Shown: positions 9,474 through 20,216 of the stretch, one piece after another
How positions within the stretch are numbered: the stretch's first letter is position 1
Layout: each line of letters begins with the position of its first letter
DNA from: Brevibacterium luteolum
Lineage (GTDB): Bacteria > Actinomycetota > Actinomycetes > Actinomycetales > Brevibacteriaceae
NCBI RefSeq assembly: GCF_013004595.1
Contig: NZ_JABEMC010000002.1
Span: forward strand, 124,001 to 188,000
Direction: 5' to 3'
Length of the DNA stretch: 64,000 bases
Made by a program: the position numbers and the translations under genes
The notes under the pieces: generated by a model
The model's input: the letters and a program-made list of their open reading frames with translations, nothing else
Told to the model about the DNA's origin: nothing
The model's database searches: none

Positions 9474-10701
9474 CCTGTACGAAGCGACCTACACCGACCC
9501 GGCCTCGCTGGCCCGCCAAGCCGGCCAGCTCGGCCCGTCCACCCTGCCCGACGTCAGCGGCGCCACCCCCGCCGCCGGCACCGCACAGGCCACCGCCGCC
9601 ACCGCCTCGGGCGCGGCAGACGAGACCGCCGCCACCGCCTCGGGCGCGGCAGCCCGGTCCACCACCGCACGCACCCACTCTCCGGCACCGGCGCCAGACA
9701 CCCGCCACCAGGGCGCCCTGCCGACGCGGGCCGCGCGGGTGCGCTACTTCGCGATCCTGGCCGGGATCGGCGCCTTCGCGCTGGCCGCCTGTTTCGCGCT
9801 GCTGGCCTGGGACAACCCGATGCCGGTCGGCTCGGAGGGGTTCTGGCTCATCGCGAATCTGCGTGCGACGAACATCACCGTCATCGTCATCGTCGCCTTC
9901 TGCCAGGCGATGGCGACCGTGGCCTTCCAGACGGTGACCCACAACCGAATCATCACGCCCTCGATCATGGGCTTCGAGTCGCTGTACACGCTCATCCACA
10001 CCTCGATGGTGTTCTTCTTCGGCACAGCCGGCATCGTCGCGGCCGGGTCGACGAGCATGTTCCTCACCACCGTCGGGATCATGGTCGTCTTCGCGGCCTT
10101 CCTCTACGGCTGGCTGCTCTCGGGCCGGTACGCGAACATGCAGATCATGCTGCTCATCGGCATCATCCTGGGTGCCGGCCTCGGCTCGCTGTCGACGTTC
10201 ATGCAGCGGCTCATGACCCCGGGTGAGTTCGATCTGCTCACCGCTCGGCTCATCGGCTCGATCTCCAACGCCGAGGCCAGCCATCTGTGGATCGCCGCCC
10301 CCATCGTCGCCGTCGCCGGTGGCGCACTCTGGCTGCTGGCACCCAAGCTCAACGTGCTCGCCCTCGGCCATGACACGGCCGTTAACCTCGGGCTCAACCA
10401 GCGGGCCTACAACATCATCGTGCTGCTGCTCGTCTCCGTGCTCATGGCGATCTCGACCGCCCTCATCGGGCCGATGACGTTCTTCGGGTTCCTCGTCGCG
10501 ATGCTGGCCTACCAGCTCGCCGACACTCACGACCACCGGTATGTGTTCCCGCTCGCCTGGATGACGGGTGTGGCGGTGCTGGCCGGGGCGTACTTCGCGC
10601 TCAAGCACCTGTTCTATGCCGAGGGCGCGGTCGGCATCATCATCGAGGTCGTCGGCGGTTCGTTCTTCCTGCTCTACGTCCTGCGAAAGGGCCGCCTGTG
10701 A
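9466..10701 (+). CDS. Iron-siderophore ABC permease (CeuC/YclO-like) with an Ala/Thr-rich N-terminal extension
   Basis: TVAFQTVTHNRIITPSIMGFE, GPMTFFG; ATG overlaps the end of the upstream gene. Confidence 0.9.
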   Translation: MADLYEATYTDPASLARQAGQLGPSTLPDVSGATPAAGTAQATAATASGAADETAATASGAAARSTTARTHSPAPAPDTRHQGALPTRAARVRYFAILAGIGAFALAACFALLAWDNPMPVGSEGFWLIANLRATNITVIVIVAFCQAMATVAFQTVTHNRIITPSIMGFESLYTLIHTSMVFFFGTAGIVAAGSTSMFLTTVGIMVVFAAFLYGWLLSGRYANMQIMLLIGIILGAGLGSLSTFMQRLMTPGEFDLLTARLIGSISNAEASHLWIAAPIVAVAGGALWLLAPKLNVLALGHDTAVNLGLNQRAYNIIVLLLVSVLMAISTALIGPMTFFGFLVAMLAYQLADTHDHRYVFPLAWMTGVAVLAGAYFALKHLFYAEGAVGIIIEVVGGSFFLLYVLRKGRL

Positions 10702-11453
10702 TCACCCTCTCCGCTGTTCGCAAGAGCTACTCGGCCGAGGTCTCGATCGGCCCGGTCGACCTGCAGATCCCCGCCGGCGGCGTCACCGCCCTCGTCGGGC
10801 CCAACGGAGCCGGCAAGTCGACGCTGCTGACGATGATCGGCCGGCTCATGGGCATGGACGAGGGCGCGATCGAGATCGCCGGCTACGACGTCGCGACGAC
10901 GAAGTCGAAAGATCTGGCGAAGATCGTGTCGATCCTGCGGCAGGAGAACCACTTCGTCACCCGGCTCACCGTCCGCCAGCTTGTGGGCTTCGGCCGGTTC
11001 CCCTACTCGCAGGGCCGGCTGACCGCCGCCGATGATGCGATCATCACCCGCTCGATCGATTTCTTGGGCCTCGGGCCGCTGGAGGGCCGGTACCTCGATG
11101 AGCTCTCCGGCGGTCAGCGACAGCGCGCCTACGTCGCGATGGTGCTCGCCCAGGACACCGACTATGTGCTCCTCGACGAGCCGCTGAACAACCTCGACAT
11201 GCGCCATTCGGTGCAGATGATGCAGCACCTCGAGCGCGCCGCCGAGGAGCTCGGACGCACCGTCGTCATCGTGCTGCATGACATCAATTTCGCCGCCCAC
11301 TACGCCAAGCGGATCTGCGCGGTCAAGGACGGGCAGGTCTGCTACTTCGGCACCCCGGGCGAGATCATGCGCCCCGAGGTGCTCTCCGATGTCTTCGACA
11401 CCCCCGTCGACGTCATCGACGGCCCGCGCGGGCCGCTGGCCGTGTACTACTGA
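10698..11453 (+). CDS. Iron-siderophore ABC ATPase (CeuD/YclP-like)
   Basis: GPNGAGKST, LSGGQRQR, LLDEPLNNLD. Confidence 0.93.
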   Translation: MITLSAVRKSYSAEVSIGPVDLQIPAGGVTALVGPNGAGKSTLLTMIGRLMGMDEGAIEIAGYDVATTKSKDLAKIVSILRQENHFVTRLTVRQLVGFGRFPYSQGRLTAADDAIITRSIDFLGLGPLEGRYLDELSGGQRQRAYVAMVLAQDTDYVLLDEPLNNLDMRHSVQMMQHLERAAEELGRTVVIVLHDINFAAHYAKRICAVKDGQVCYFGTPGEIMRPEVLSDVFDTPVDVIDGPRGPLAVYY

Positions 11454-12438
11454 ACCGGGCCCGAGGCGGTGGTTGCGGCAGCGCCGGATGCGGCACTCGC
11501 AGCACCGCCGAGAGCACCCACCACGTCACAAGCCCGAGGGCACACGCCGCCAGGCTCAACGGCAGCATGAATACCGAGACGTCGAACAGCCTGCCGGCGA
11601 CGACACCCGGGACAGCGAACACCAGCATCGACAGCAGCGCCGCCAGACCCGGCTGGGCGGTCGCCGGCTTGAGCGTCCACAGCAGGATGGCCGCGAGGAT
11701 CCCCGGCAGCGCGATGGCGAACAGGCACATCATCACCGTCTTCGTCTCCGTCATGTCAGCGGCCAGGAGCGAACCTGCGCACACCACGCTGTAGGCGAGC
11801 GCGCCGATGAGCATGCTCGTGCCGAGCAGCCGCACGGACGCCGCACTGTCAGCCCCGGCCTGGTCGTCATCACGGGGGCCGTCTGCGCTGACTGCCTCGA
11901 TGCTGCTGGTGTCGGAACCTGCCGTCACTTCGGGCTCATCATCGTCACCGGCTGCAGGCTCCGCGGTGCGGTTGATGTGCCGGCCGGAGAGGAACGCCCG
12001 GATCGCGAGGCCGAGCACCCAGAGCGCGAAGGCGATGAGCAGCGGGGGCAGACCAAAGACGAGCGGATAGTAGTAGTTGCCCAGGCCAGCCAGGGTGAAG
12101 CCCCCTGACCAGAGCGGGCTCTCCAACACGAGCATGGCCGTCCAGATGACCGCATAGACGGTGATGACAGCCGCTGCGATCCACTCCCACTCGGTGCGCC
12201 GAGACAGCAGCGCCACTGCGCCCGCTGCCAAGAGCGAGGGCAGCAGCTCGAAGATGAGGCTGCTGATGAGCGCGGCCGCCTCCGGCAGGCCGCTGCGAAA
12301 GATGGCCTCGATGAGCGACAGAGCAGCGAAGACCACCCCGGCGGCTGCCAGAGCGGCAACGAGCAGCGTGTGGGATCGCGCCCGGAGACCGGCGGCGCGC
12401 ACAACAGGTGGCGGTGTCTGCTGGCGGGAAGATGACAT
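11413..12438 (-). CDS. Hypothetical multi-pass membrane protein
   Basis: Two blocks of ~4 hydrophobic segments separated by an acidic linker; no family recognised. Confidence 0.65.
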   Translation of the reverse strand: MSSSRQQTPPPVVRAAGLRARSHTLLVAALAAAGVVFAALSLIEAIFRSGLPEAAALISSLIFELLPSLLAAGAVALLSRRTEWEWIAAAVITVYAVIWTAMLVLESPLWSGGFTLAGLGNYYYPLVFGLPPLLIAFALWVLGLAIRAFLSGRHINRTAEPAAGDDDEPEVTAGSDTSSIEAVSADGPRDDDQAGADSAASVRLLGTSMLIGALAYSVVCAGSLLAADMTETKTVMMCLFAIALPGILAAILLWTLKPATAQPGLAALLSMLVFAVPGVVAGRLFDVSVFMLPLSLAACALGLVTWWVLSAVLRVPHPALPQPPPRARFSSTRPAARAGRR

Positions 12439-12502
12439 ACTCTCAGCGTCTCATGCCATCCAGACACCGCCTCGACAGCGGTGAGAGGCGAGCACGGGCA
12501 TC

Positions 12503-13357
12503 TCAGCCAGCGGCGCGGCCGTCGGCACCAGGCTGCCGGCGACTGCGGGCGGCTGCGACGGCGAGGAAGATGCGGTGGCCGGTGATGACGACGGTGATCC
12601 AGGCGATCGCGACGAGCCAGGCGGTGAGCACATCGGTCGTCCAGTGCTGGCCGAGATAGATGCGGCTGAGCCCCATGCAGGCGGCGAAGGCCAGGCAGCC
12701 GAGGACGATGAGGATCTTCAGCCACCACTGGCGGATGAGGATGAGCACCAGGTAGGCGATCATGCCGTACAGCGCCAGGGAGTTGAGCGAGTGGCCGCTG
12801 GGAAAGGAGAACCCGCCTTCATACGGCGGAACCGCATCGGCATGCGCTGGGCGCGGACGGCCGATGAGGTTCTTGCCGAGCACCGTGAACGCGACCGAGC
12901 CCAGGGCGGTGATGAGCATGAGCAGCAGCGGTGTGCGGCGCCGGTAGACGATCGTGAGGATGCCGGTGATGATGAGCGCGATGACGGTCATCCCGACGAT
13001 GTCGCCGAGGTTGGTGAAGACGGTGACCGCGCGGTTGAGTGCCGGTGTGCGCAGCTCCTGCATCCAGTGCAGGATCGGCCGGTCGAGGGCGGTGATGCCG
13101 TCACGCGGGTTGTCGAGGCTTTCGTAGATCTCCTCGGCGATGGCCACGCAGCCGAGCATGATGCCCAGGCCGATGCTGGTGAAGAGGATGAGCGCGGTGT
13201 AGGGGCCGAACCAGCGGCCGAGGACCTGGCCGATCTTCCCGAGCAGCTTCCAGCCCGGCAGCAGGCGTTCATGGCGCTGCACGAATTCGGGCGCCTCGCG
13301 GATGAGCGGGTCGTCGGAACCACGCAGCCGATCGGTGCTCGTGTACTTGTCAATCAC
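12503..13357 (-). CDS. PAP2-family membrane phosphatase
   Basis: K...GRPRP, SFPSGH and SRIYLGQHWTTDV motifs; GTG start inferred. Confidence 0.88.
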   Translation of the reverse strand: MIDKYTSTDRLRGSDDPLIREAPEFVQRHERLLPGWKLLGKIGQVLGRWFGPYTALILFTSIGLGIMLGCVAIAEEIYESLDNPRDGITALDRPILHWMQELRTPALNRAVTVFTNLGDIVGMTVIALIITGILTIVYRRRTPLLLMLITALGSVAFTVLGKNLIGRPRPAHADAVPPYEGGFSFPSGHSLNSLALYGMIAYLVLILIRQWWLKILIVLGCLAFAACMGLSRIYLGQHWTTDVLTAWLVAIAWITVVITGHRIFLAVAAARSRRQPGADGRAAG

Positions 13358-13588
13358 CGTTCCATTCTTGCCGATTGCGGCTGCAGACCGCCGGTGCCCC
13401 GCCGCAAGGAGCCCTGCCGGTTGAAAGTCTGAGGAAGCGCTAAGAAACAAGGACTGTTGTCGAAGTGAGCGAGGTGTTAGCGTGAACTCATCCGATGTCA
13501 CTCCGGATACAGCACTTCAGTGCTGACAGGCACCACCCGTTGGGGAAGGGTTCCTCGACGGTGAAACGTCGCACCATAGGAGTTCAGC

Positions 13589-14581
13589 ATGGAAAACATC
13601 GACATCGACCGACTTCGCGGATCCGATCTCTACGATCAGACCGGAAGCAAAATCGGCAGCATCGGGGAGGTCTACCTCGATGACCAGACCAATGAACCAG
13701 CATTCCTGACCGTCAACACCGGTCTCTTCGGCATGAACGAGACTTTCGTTCCGTACCAGAGCGTCTCGCGTGACGGCGACAACCTCGTCGCTCCGTTCGA
13801 GAAGTCCTTCGTCAAGGACGCACCGAACATCGCCGCTGACGGCAGCCTGACGCCGGAGGAAGAGGAAGAGATCTTCCGCTACTACCAGCTCGATTCCGGC
13901 ACCGGCCGTGACCGCGACCGCGATGGCGTGCGCGACCACGACCGCCACGGCAAGCATGATGCCGACCGCGACGGCGTCCGTGACGCCGGTGTGGCCGGCG
14001 CTGCCGGTGGAGTCGCCGGTGCAGCCGGACACGACCGCGACCATGATCGCCACGGCAAGCACGATCTCGATCGTGACGGCGTGCGCGACCACGACCGTGC
14101 TGCTGCTGGTGACCAGCAGCAGGTCGTCGCCCATGAGGAGCGCCTCAACGTCGGCAAGGAGCAGGTCGAGACCGGCAAGGTGCGCCTGCGCAAGCACGTC
14201 GTCACCGAGAACCAGCAGGTTGAGGTTCCGGTGCAGCGCGAGGAGCTCGTCGTCGAGCGCGAGTCGATCGACCCGAACTCCCCCGAAGCCCGCAAGGGCG
14301 GCGGAATCGACGCCGATCGCGGTGCTGTCGATGAGACGGTGACGTTGCGCGAGGAGCGCCCGGTTGTCGACAAGGAGACCGTGGCAACGGAGAAGGTCAA
14401 CGTCGGCAAGCGCGTCGTCGAGGACAAGGAGACCGTCGGCGGTGAGGTCCGCAAGGAGCAGATCGACATTGACGGCGCTGAAGGCCGCGATGCTGCCGGA
14501 CGCGGCGTCGATGGACGCGGCGTGGACGGACGCGGGGTTGACGGCCCGGGTCCCGACGCGGACGGACGCCCGCTGCGCTGA
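13589..14581 (+). CDS. PRC-barrel + DUF2382 (YsnF/AvaK-like) stress protein
   Basis: GSKIGSIGEVYLDD, TGLFGMNETFVP, HEERLNVGKE...GKVRLRKHVVTE; RBS AGGAG. Confidence 0.88.
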   Translation: MENIDIDRLRGSDLYDQTGSKIGSIGEVYLDDQTNEPAFLTVNTGLFGMNETFVPYQSVSRDGDNLVAPFEKSFVKDAPNIAADGSLTPEEEEEIFRYYQLDSGTGRDRDRDGVRDHDRHGKHDADRDGVRDAGVAGAAGGVAGAAGHDRDHDRHGKHDLDRDGVRDHDRAAAGDQQQVVAHEERLNVGKEQVETGKVRLRKHVVTENQQVEVPVQREELVVERESIDPNSPEARKGGGIDADRGAVDETVTLREERPVVDKETVATEKVNVGKRVVEDKETVGGEVRKEQIDIDGAEGRDAAGRGVDGRGVDGRGVDGPGPDADGRPLR

Positions 14582-14781
14582 GCTGTACCTGCTGAGCTTC
14601 AGCACCACCCCGGCCGCCCGGCCGGCTGAGCAGTCAGCGATCGGGTGAGCGATCAGAACACGGCACCCTGCCAGGTGACGGTGCACCTGCATCGGATCCC
14701 GGCAGGGTGCCGCTGTCATGTGCGCACACTGTCACGTCCGCGACATCAAACCGGCCGCCCCGCCCAGGCGTGCGGGTAGGC

Positions 14782-14831
14782 CACCGGCCACCGCCTCGGG
14801 AACGGTCCGTGCCCGAGGCGGTGGGCCGGTG
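14782..14831. terminator. Bidirectional hairpin between convergent genes, built from an inverted pair of the ACCGCCTCGGG 11-mer
   Basis: CACCGGCCACCGCCTCGGG-N11-CCCGAGGCGGTGGGCCGGTG; a second hairpin lies at ~14661-14713. Confidence 0.7.
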
Positions 14832-14837
14832 AGCGTG

Positions 14838-16049
14838 TTACTGAGAGTCTGCCTGCCGGTCGGCTGGATGCTGCAGCCAGGCGCGGATCGCCTCGGAGTC
14901 GGCGCCGAGGGCCGGCGGGGCGAGGTCGTAGCTGACCGGGGTGGCCGAAAGCGTGATCGGGTTCTTCACCGTCGGGATGACGCGGTCGCCGGAGCCGGCG
15001 TTGACGACGGGTTCGAGACCGAGCTCGGCGGCGAGCTGGACGCCCTGTTCGATCGTGTTGATCGGCGCGCACGGCAGACCCGCGTCACTGAGCAGCGTGA
15101 ACCATTCCTGCGCGGACTTCGCTGACAGCGCTTCGATGAGAAGCGGCTCGAGCTCACGCCGGTTGTGGTTGCGGTCAGCGTTGTGGGCAAACCGCGGGTC
15201 GTCGAGCAGCTCGCGGCGGTCGATGACGGTGCACAGGATCTCGAACTGCCGGTTGTTGCCGACGGCGACGATGAGCTCACCATCGCCGGTGGGCATCGGC
15301 TGGTACGGGTACAGGCTCGGGTGCTCGTTGCCCATGCGGTGCGGCACGACACCGCCGGCGACATAGGCGCTCGTCTGGTTCGCCAGGCCCGAGAGGGCTG
15401 AGGACAGCAGGTTCGTGTCGACCTTCTGACCCTCCCCGGTCTGGCTGCGATGCCGCAGCGCGGCGAGGATGCCGATAGTGGTGTGCAGGCCGGTGATGAC
15501 GTCGAAGATCGCGACGCCGGCCCGGTACGGTTTGCCGTCGGCTTCGCCGGTGAGGCTCATGAAGCCCGAGAGTCCCTGGACGAGGAGGTCGTAGCCGGGC
15601 TGCGGGTTCTGCGGGCCGAAGCCGGTGACCGAGGCGTAGATGACCGCCGGGTTGGTCTGCACGACGGTGTCGTAGTCGAGTCCGTACTTCGCAAGTCCGC
15701 CGGGTTTGAAGTTCTCGACGAGCACATCGGCGCGGCGGGCGAGTTCGTGGGCGAGCGCGAGATCGTCGGGGTCCTTGAAGTCGAGGACGACGTCGAACTT
15801 GTTGCGGTTGGCCGACAGGTAGTAGGTGGCGTCGTCTTCGCGGATCGGCGGCTTCCAGGCACGGGTGTCGTCGCCGCCGGGGCTTTCGACCTTGATGACG
15901 GTCGCGCCGAGGTCGGCGAGCATCATGGTGGCGTAGGGGCCTGCGAGCACGCGGGAGAAGTCGGCGACGACGATGCCGGCCAGCGGCCCGGTGCCGGTGC
16001 GCGTCAGCGCCTGGTCAATGCTGCGGTTGTCCTCATGCGGTGCGCTCAT
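14838..16049 (-). CDS. CaiB/BaiF family III CoA-transferase
   Basis: GPLAGIVVADFSRVLAGPYATMMLADLGATVIKVE, NRNK, ADVLVENFKPG. Confidence 0.93.
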   Translation of the reverse strand: MSAPHEDNRSIDQALTRTGTGPLAGIVVADFSRVLAGPYATMMLADLGATVIKVESPGGDDTRAWKPPIREDDATYYLSANRNKFDVVLDFKDPDDLALAHELARRADVLVENFKPGGLAKYGLDYDTVVQTNPAVIYASVTGFGPQNPQPGYDLLVQGLSGFMSLTGEADGKPYRAGVAIFDVITGLHTTIGILAALRHRSQTGEGQKVDTNLLSSALSGLANQTSAYVAGGVVPHRMGNEHPSLYPYQPMPTGDGELIVAVGNNRQFEILCTVIDRRELLDDPRFAHNADRNHNRRELEPLLIEALSAKSAQEWFTLLSDAGLPCAPINTIEQGVQLAAELGLEPVVNAGSGDRVIPTVKNPITLSATPVSYDLAPPALGADSEAIRAWLQHPADRQADSQ

Positions 16050-16215
16050 GCCCCTCGCCCTCCTGCCGCGGCTGCTGTGCGTCCGCGGCCCTCGCCGTGC
16101 TGTTGCTCACAGCCACGGTAGCAAGTCTGTGCTGGCGCCCGGCAGGCGGTTCACGGCCCAGGCTGTTAGCCTGCCAAGCACACCCCGCCTGCCTGATCGG
16201 AAGCGAGCGACCCGC

Positions 16216-16641
16216 ATGCCCTCTGCCGTCCAGCCGTCGAAGCTCATGACGGTGCTGCTCAGCGTCTGCATCGCCGCCGCGTGCGGGGCCGGCGCCGAGG
16301 TGGTCAAACGCCTATTGCGCGGCGACGACGTTACTGCTTCCTGGTGGCTGTGGCTGGCCGGCGCTGCTGTGGCGGCGGTCGTCGTGGCGGTTGTGTTCCG
16401 GTCCCGAGGTGACAGGTTGGCGGCCCTGCCGTTCATCGGCAGTCAGAGTCTGGGTTTCGGCCTCGTGTGTCTCATCGTCATCGGCTATGGGCTGCCCGGC
16501 ATGACCGTGGCCGGATTCGATCCGCTCGATGCAGCCCTCACCGGCATCCTCGCCGTCATCCTCGGGCTGCTCGTGCTGTTCCTGCTCAAGCGCTGGTTCT
16601 ACACTCCCCCGGACACGGCCGAGGGCGGCGAGACCGACTGA
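16216..16641 (+). CDS. Hypothetical membrane protein (~4 TM)
   Basis: Hydrophobic ORF with GC3-rich codons. Confidence 0.6.
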   Translation: MPSAVQPSKLMTVLLSVCIAAACGAGAEVVKRLLRGDDVTASWWLWLAGAAVAAVVVAVVFRSRGDRLAALPFIGSQSLGFGLVCLIVIGYGLPGMTVAGFDPLDAALTGILAVILGLLVLFLLKRWFYTPPDTAEGGETD

Positions 16642-16713
16642 GGCATCAACCGCCTCGGGCCGGTGTCCGCGGCGGGGACTACTATGAGCCATGTCACCGT
16701 CGAAGGAGAACCT

Positions 16714-17937
16714 GTGTCCGAGCCCATCGTCATCTGCGAACCGCTGCGCTCCCCCGTCGGAGGCTACGGCGGCCAGTTCAAGACCACCCCTCCGCAGGAG
16801 CTCGGCCGGCAGGTCGTCGTCGCGCTCGTCGAGCGCACCGGCATCGACCCGAGCGTCATCGACGATGCCGTGTTCGGCCAGTGCTTCCCGCATATGGAAG
16901 CGCCCGCCCTCGGCCGCGTCGTCGCGCTCGATGCCGGACTGCCGACGAGCGTGCCGGGACGGCAGCTCGACCGGCGCTGCGGTTCCGGCCTGCAGGCCGT
17001 CATCGACGCGATGGGCATGATCGCCACTGGTGGTGCTGAGGTCGTCATCGCCGGCGGGGCTGAGTCGATGAGCCGCGCGCCGTACTTCAACGAGGAGATC
17101 CGGTGGGGTGTGCGCGGGCCCGGCATCGATCTCAAGGACAGCCTCGCCCGTGGGCGCGTGACCGCAGGCGGCAAGGACCACCCGGTGCCCGGCGGGATGA
17201 TCGAAACGGCGGAGAATCTGCGCCGCATCTATGAGATCAGCCGTGAGGAGCAGGACGCGTTCGCCGTCGAATCCCACCGGCGGGCAGCCGCGGCGACCGA
17301 GGCCGGACGGTTTGCCGATGAGATCGTGCCGATCCAGATGCCGGCGACCCGCAAGACCGCAGCCTACGAGGTCACCACCGATGAGCACATCCGCCCGGAC
17401 GCCAGTGTCGAGAAGCTCGCGAAGCTCACCCCGATCCGCGCGAAGCTCGATGAGGCCGCGACCGTGACTGCCGGCAACGCCTCCGGACAGAACGACGGCG
17501 CCGCCGCCTGTCTTGTCACCACCGCCTCGAAGGCCGAGCAGCTCGGGCTCAAACCGCTGGCCAAGATCGTGTCGTGGGCAGTGGCCGGGGTGGATCCGGC
17601 TACGATGGGCATCGGCCCGGTGCCGGCGACCGCGCAGGCTCTCGAGCGGGCCGGGCTGACACTTGCCGATATTGATCTCATCGAGCTGAATGAGGCCTTC
17701 GCCGCCCAGGCGCTGGCCTGCACCCGCGAATGGGGCTTCGGAAGGGGCGACTTCGAGCGCGTCAATGTCAACGGCTCCGGCATCTCACTCGGCCACCCGG
17801 TCGGGGCGACCGGTGCGAGGATTCTGGCGACCCTGCTGCGGGAGATGGACCGCCGTCAGGTCCGGTACGGATTGGAGACCATGTGCATCGGCGGCGGGCA
17901 GGGACTGGCCGCGATCGTCGAACGCATCGAAGCCTGA
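16714..17937 (+). CDS. Acetyl-CoA C-acetyltransferase (thiolase)
   Basis: RRCGSGL, NEAFA, GHPVGATG, CIGGGQG; RBS GAAGGAG. Confidence 0.95.
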   Translation: MSEPIVICEPLRSPVGGYGGQFKTTPPQELGRQVVVALVERTGIDPSVIDDAVFGQCFPHMEAPALGRVVALDAGLPTSVPGRQLDRRCGSGLQAVIDAMGMIATGGAEVVIAGGAESMSRAPYFNEEIRWGVRGPGIDLKDSLARGRVTAGGKDHPVPGGMIETAENLRRIYEISREEQDAFAVESHRRAAAATEAGRFADEIVPIQMPATRKTAAYEVTTDEHIRPDASVEKLAKLTPIRAKLDEAATVTAGNASGQNDGAAACLVTTASKAEQLGLKPLAKIVSWAVAGVDPATMGIGPVPATAQALERAGLTLADIDLIELNEAFAAQALACTREWGFGRGDFERVNVNGSGISLGHPVGATGARILATLLREMDRRQVRYGLETMCIGGGQGLAAIVERIEA

Positions 17938-17967
17938 CCGACTGCCGACTGGGCACACGCACGTGGG

Positions 17968-18031
17968 CGACCACGTCCTCGGGACCGGTGACCGGCGCCT
18001 CGGGACCGGCGACCACCACCTCGGGAACGGG
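17968..18031. repeat. Three imperfect 21-bp tandem repeats
   Basis: gaccacgtcctcgggaccggt / gaccggcgcctcgggaccggc / gaccaccacctcgggaacggg. Confidence 0.75.
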
Positions 18032-18341
18032 CGTCACAGCAGGTGACCGTGCTGTCCGGCCAGTGGGCAGGGGCAGGTTTGGGTGCGGCGAATGTGACAT
18101 GAGATACTGGCACTGAACGAGCGATAAGTCGCCGCGTTCGCACCCGACTGCACGCCACATCCCAGACTCGGATAGGCTCACCCTCAACAGTGGCCCACGT
18201 CACTGGGCAGGGGAGTCGGACCAGGCCCCGGCGAACGGCCCCACCGCTGTGAAGTGAGACGGACGCCACTTGGTAACGTTAGAGAAACGACGCCCTGTTT
18301 CGAGGGTGATCCTCGGTTCTCAGGAAGGATGAACTACCCAC

Positions 18342-19136
18342 ATGCGGATTGTCACTTTTGTCAAGTACGTCCCGGATGCTGCCGGTGACCGTACCTTCGA
18401 GTCGGACAACACCGTCGACCGCTCGGTCGACGGCCTGCTGTCGGAGCTCGACGAATACGCTGTTGAAGAAGCTCTCAAGATCGCTGACGGTGACAAGAAG
18501 GGCACGGAGGTCATCGCCCTGACCGTCGGACCCGACGACGCCGTCGACGCTGTGCGCAAGTCCCTCCAGATGGGCGCGAACAAGGGCGTCCACATCTGCG
18601 ACGACAGCCTCGAAGCCTCCTGCGCTGTCGGCACCGCCAAGACTCTGGCCGCCGCCGTCAAGGTCGTCGAAGAGGAAGAGGGCCCGGTCGACCTCATCAT
18701 CACCGGCCTGTCCTCGACTGACGGCGCGATGTCGGTCGTGCCGGTCATGGTCGCCGAGCTGCTCGGCCGCCCGGCTGCCACCCAGGCCTCGCACCTGGAG
18801 GTCTCCGGCGGAGTCGCCAAGATCCGCCGCGACGGCGACACCGCCTCGCAGTACGTCGAGGTGCCGCTGCCGGCTCTCGTGTCGGTGACCGACCAGATCA
18901 ACGAGCCGCGCTACCCGTCGTTCAAGGGCATCATGGCCGCCAAGCGCAAGCCGCTGGACGAGTACGACATCGAAGAGCTCGGCCTCGACGCCGGCGAGGT
19001 CGGCACTGCTGGTGCCACCACCGAAGTCGTCACGCTGACCGAGCGTCCGCCGCGCACCGCCGGTGAGGTCATCACCGACGAAGGCGAGGGCGGCAACCAG
19101 CTCGTCGAGTGGCTGGCCTCGAAGAAGCTCGTCTGA
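18342..19136 (+). CDS. etfB: Electron transfer flavoprotein beta subunit
   Basis: VKYVPD, DEYAVEEAL, NEPRYPSFKGIMAAK. Confidence 0.95.
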   Translation: MRIVTFVKYVPDAAGDRTFESDNTVDRSVDGLLSELDEYAVEEALKIADGDKKGTEVIALTVGPDDAVDAVRKSLQMGANKGVHICDDSLEASCAVGTAKTLAAAVKVVEEEEGPVDLIITGLSSTDGAMSVVPVMVAELLGRPAATQASHLEVSGGVAKIRRDGDTASQYVEVPLPALVSVTDQINEPRYPSFKGIMAAKRKPLDEYDIEELGLDAGEVGTAGATTEVVTLTERPPRTAGEVITDEGEGGNQLVEWLASKKLV

Positions 19137-19173
19137 TCCACTATCTGAACGCAGAGGAAGCGAATACACACTT

Positions 19174-20124
19174 ATGTCTGAAGTTCTCGTTCTCGTAGAC
19201 CATGTGGACGGCGACGTGCGCAAGTCCACCTTCGAACTCCTCACCGCCGCCAAGGCACTCGGTGAGCCGACTGCACTGTTCATCGGCGATGCCGCCAAGG
19301 GCGAGGCCGCTGCCGCCAAGCTCGGCGAATACGGCGCCGAGAAGGTGCTCGTCGCCTCGGACCCGGCATACGATGAGTTCCTCGTCGGCCCGAAGGCCGA
19401 GCTGCTCGCCGAGCTCATCTCCACCCGTCAGCCGGCTGGTGTCCTCGTCCCGGCCAGTGCTGAGGGCAAGGAGATCGCAGGCCTGGCAGCCATCAAGACC
19501 GGTTCAGGCATCCTGACCGACGCCGTCGGCGTGGCTGAGGGCTTTGTCGCCACCCAGTCGGTGTTCGCCGGCGGCTACACCGTCGAGTCGAAGGTCACCC
19601 GCGGCACCCCGATCGTCGCGATCAAGCCGAACTCGGTTGCCGCTGAGCCTTCCCAGGGCGCGGCTGCTGTCGAGTCGGTCAGCTTCGCCCCGAGCGATGC
19701 CGCCAAGACCGCCCGCATCACCGCCACTGAGGAGAAGCCGGCCTCCGGCCGTCCGCAGCTGACCGAGGCCGCCACGGTGGTCTCCGGTGGTCGCGGCACC
19801 GGCGGCGACTTCGCCCCGGTCGAAGCCCTGGCCGATGCTCTCGGCGCTGCCGTCGGCGCCTCGCGTGCCGCCGTCGATGCCGATTGGTACCCGCACTCGG
19901 CGCAGGTCGGCCAGACCGGTAAGACAGTCTCGCCGCAGCTCTACGTCGCCTGCGGCATCTCTGGTGCGATCCAGCACCGGGCCGGCATGCAAACCTCGAA
20001 GAACATCGTCGCGATCAACAAGGACGAAGAGGCTCCGATCTTCGAACTCGCCGACTTCGGCGTGGTCGGCGACCTCTTCTCGGTGTTGCCGCAGGCCACC
20101 GACGCGATCAACGCACGCAAGTGA
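19174..20124 (+). CDS. etfA: Electron transfer flavoprotein alpha subunit
   Basis: [30 protein letters not shown]. Confidence 0.95.
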   Translation: MSEVLVLVDHVDGDVRKSTFELLTAAKALGEPTALFIGDAAKGEAAAAKLGEYGAEKVLVASDPAYDEFLVGPKAELLAELISTRQPAGVLVPASAEGKEIAGLAAIKTGSGILTDAVGVAEGFVATQSVFAGGYTVESKVTRGTPIVAIKPNSVAAEPSQGAAAVESVSFAPSDAAKTARITATEEKPASGRPQLTEAATVVSGGRGTGGDFAPVEALADALGAAVGASRAAVDADWYPHSAQVGQTGKTVSPQLYVACGISGAIQHRAGMQTSKNIVAINKDEEAPIFELADFGVVGDLFSVLPQATDAINARK

Positions 20125-20161
20125 TGTGACCTGCCGCCGGCCTCGGCTGGCTGCAGGATCA

Positions 20162-20205
20162 CATGCGAAAGGGCAGGTGCCGCACGGCACCTGCCCTTTG
20201 GCATG
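20162..20205. terminator. Intrinsic terminator after etfA
   Basis: AAAGGGCAGGTGCCG-CA-CGGCACCTGCCCTTT. Confidence 0.85.
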
Positions 20206-20216
20206 CCCTTGGCCAG

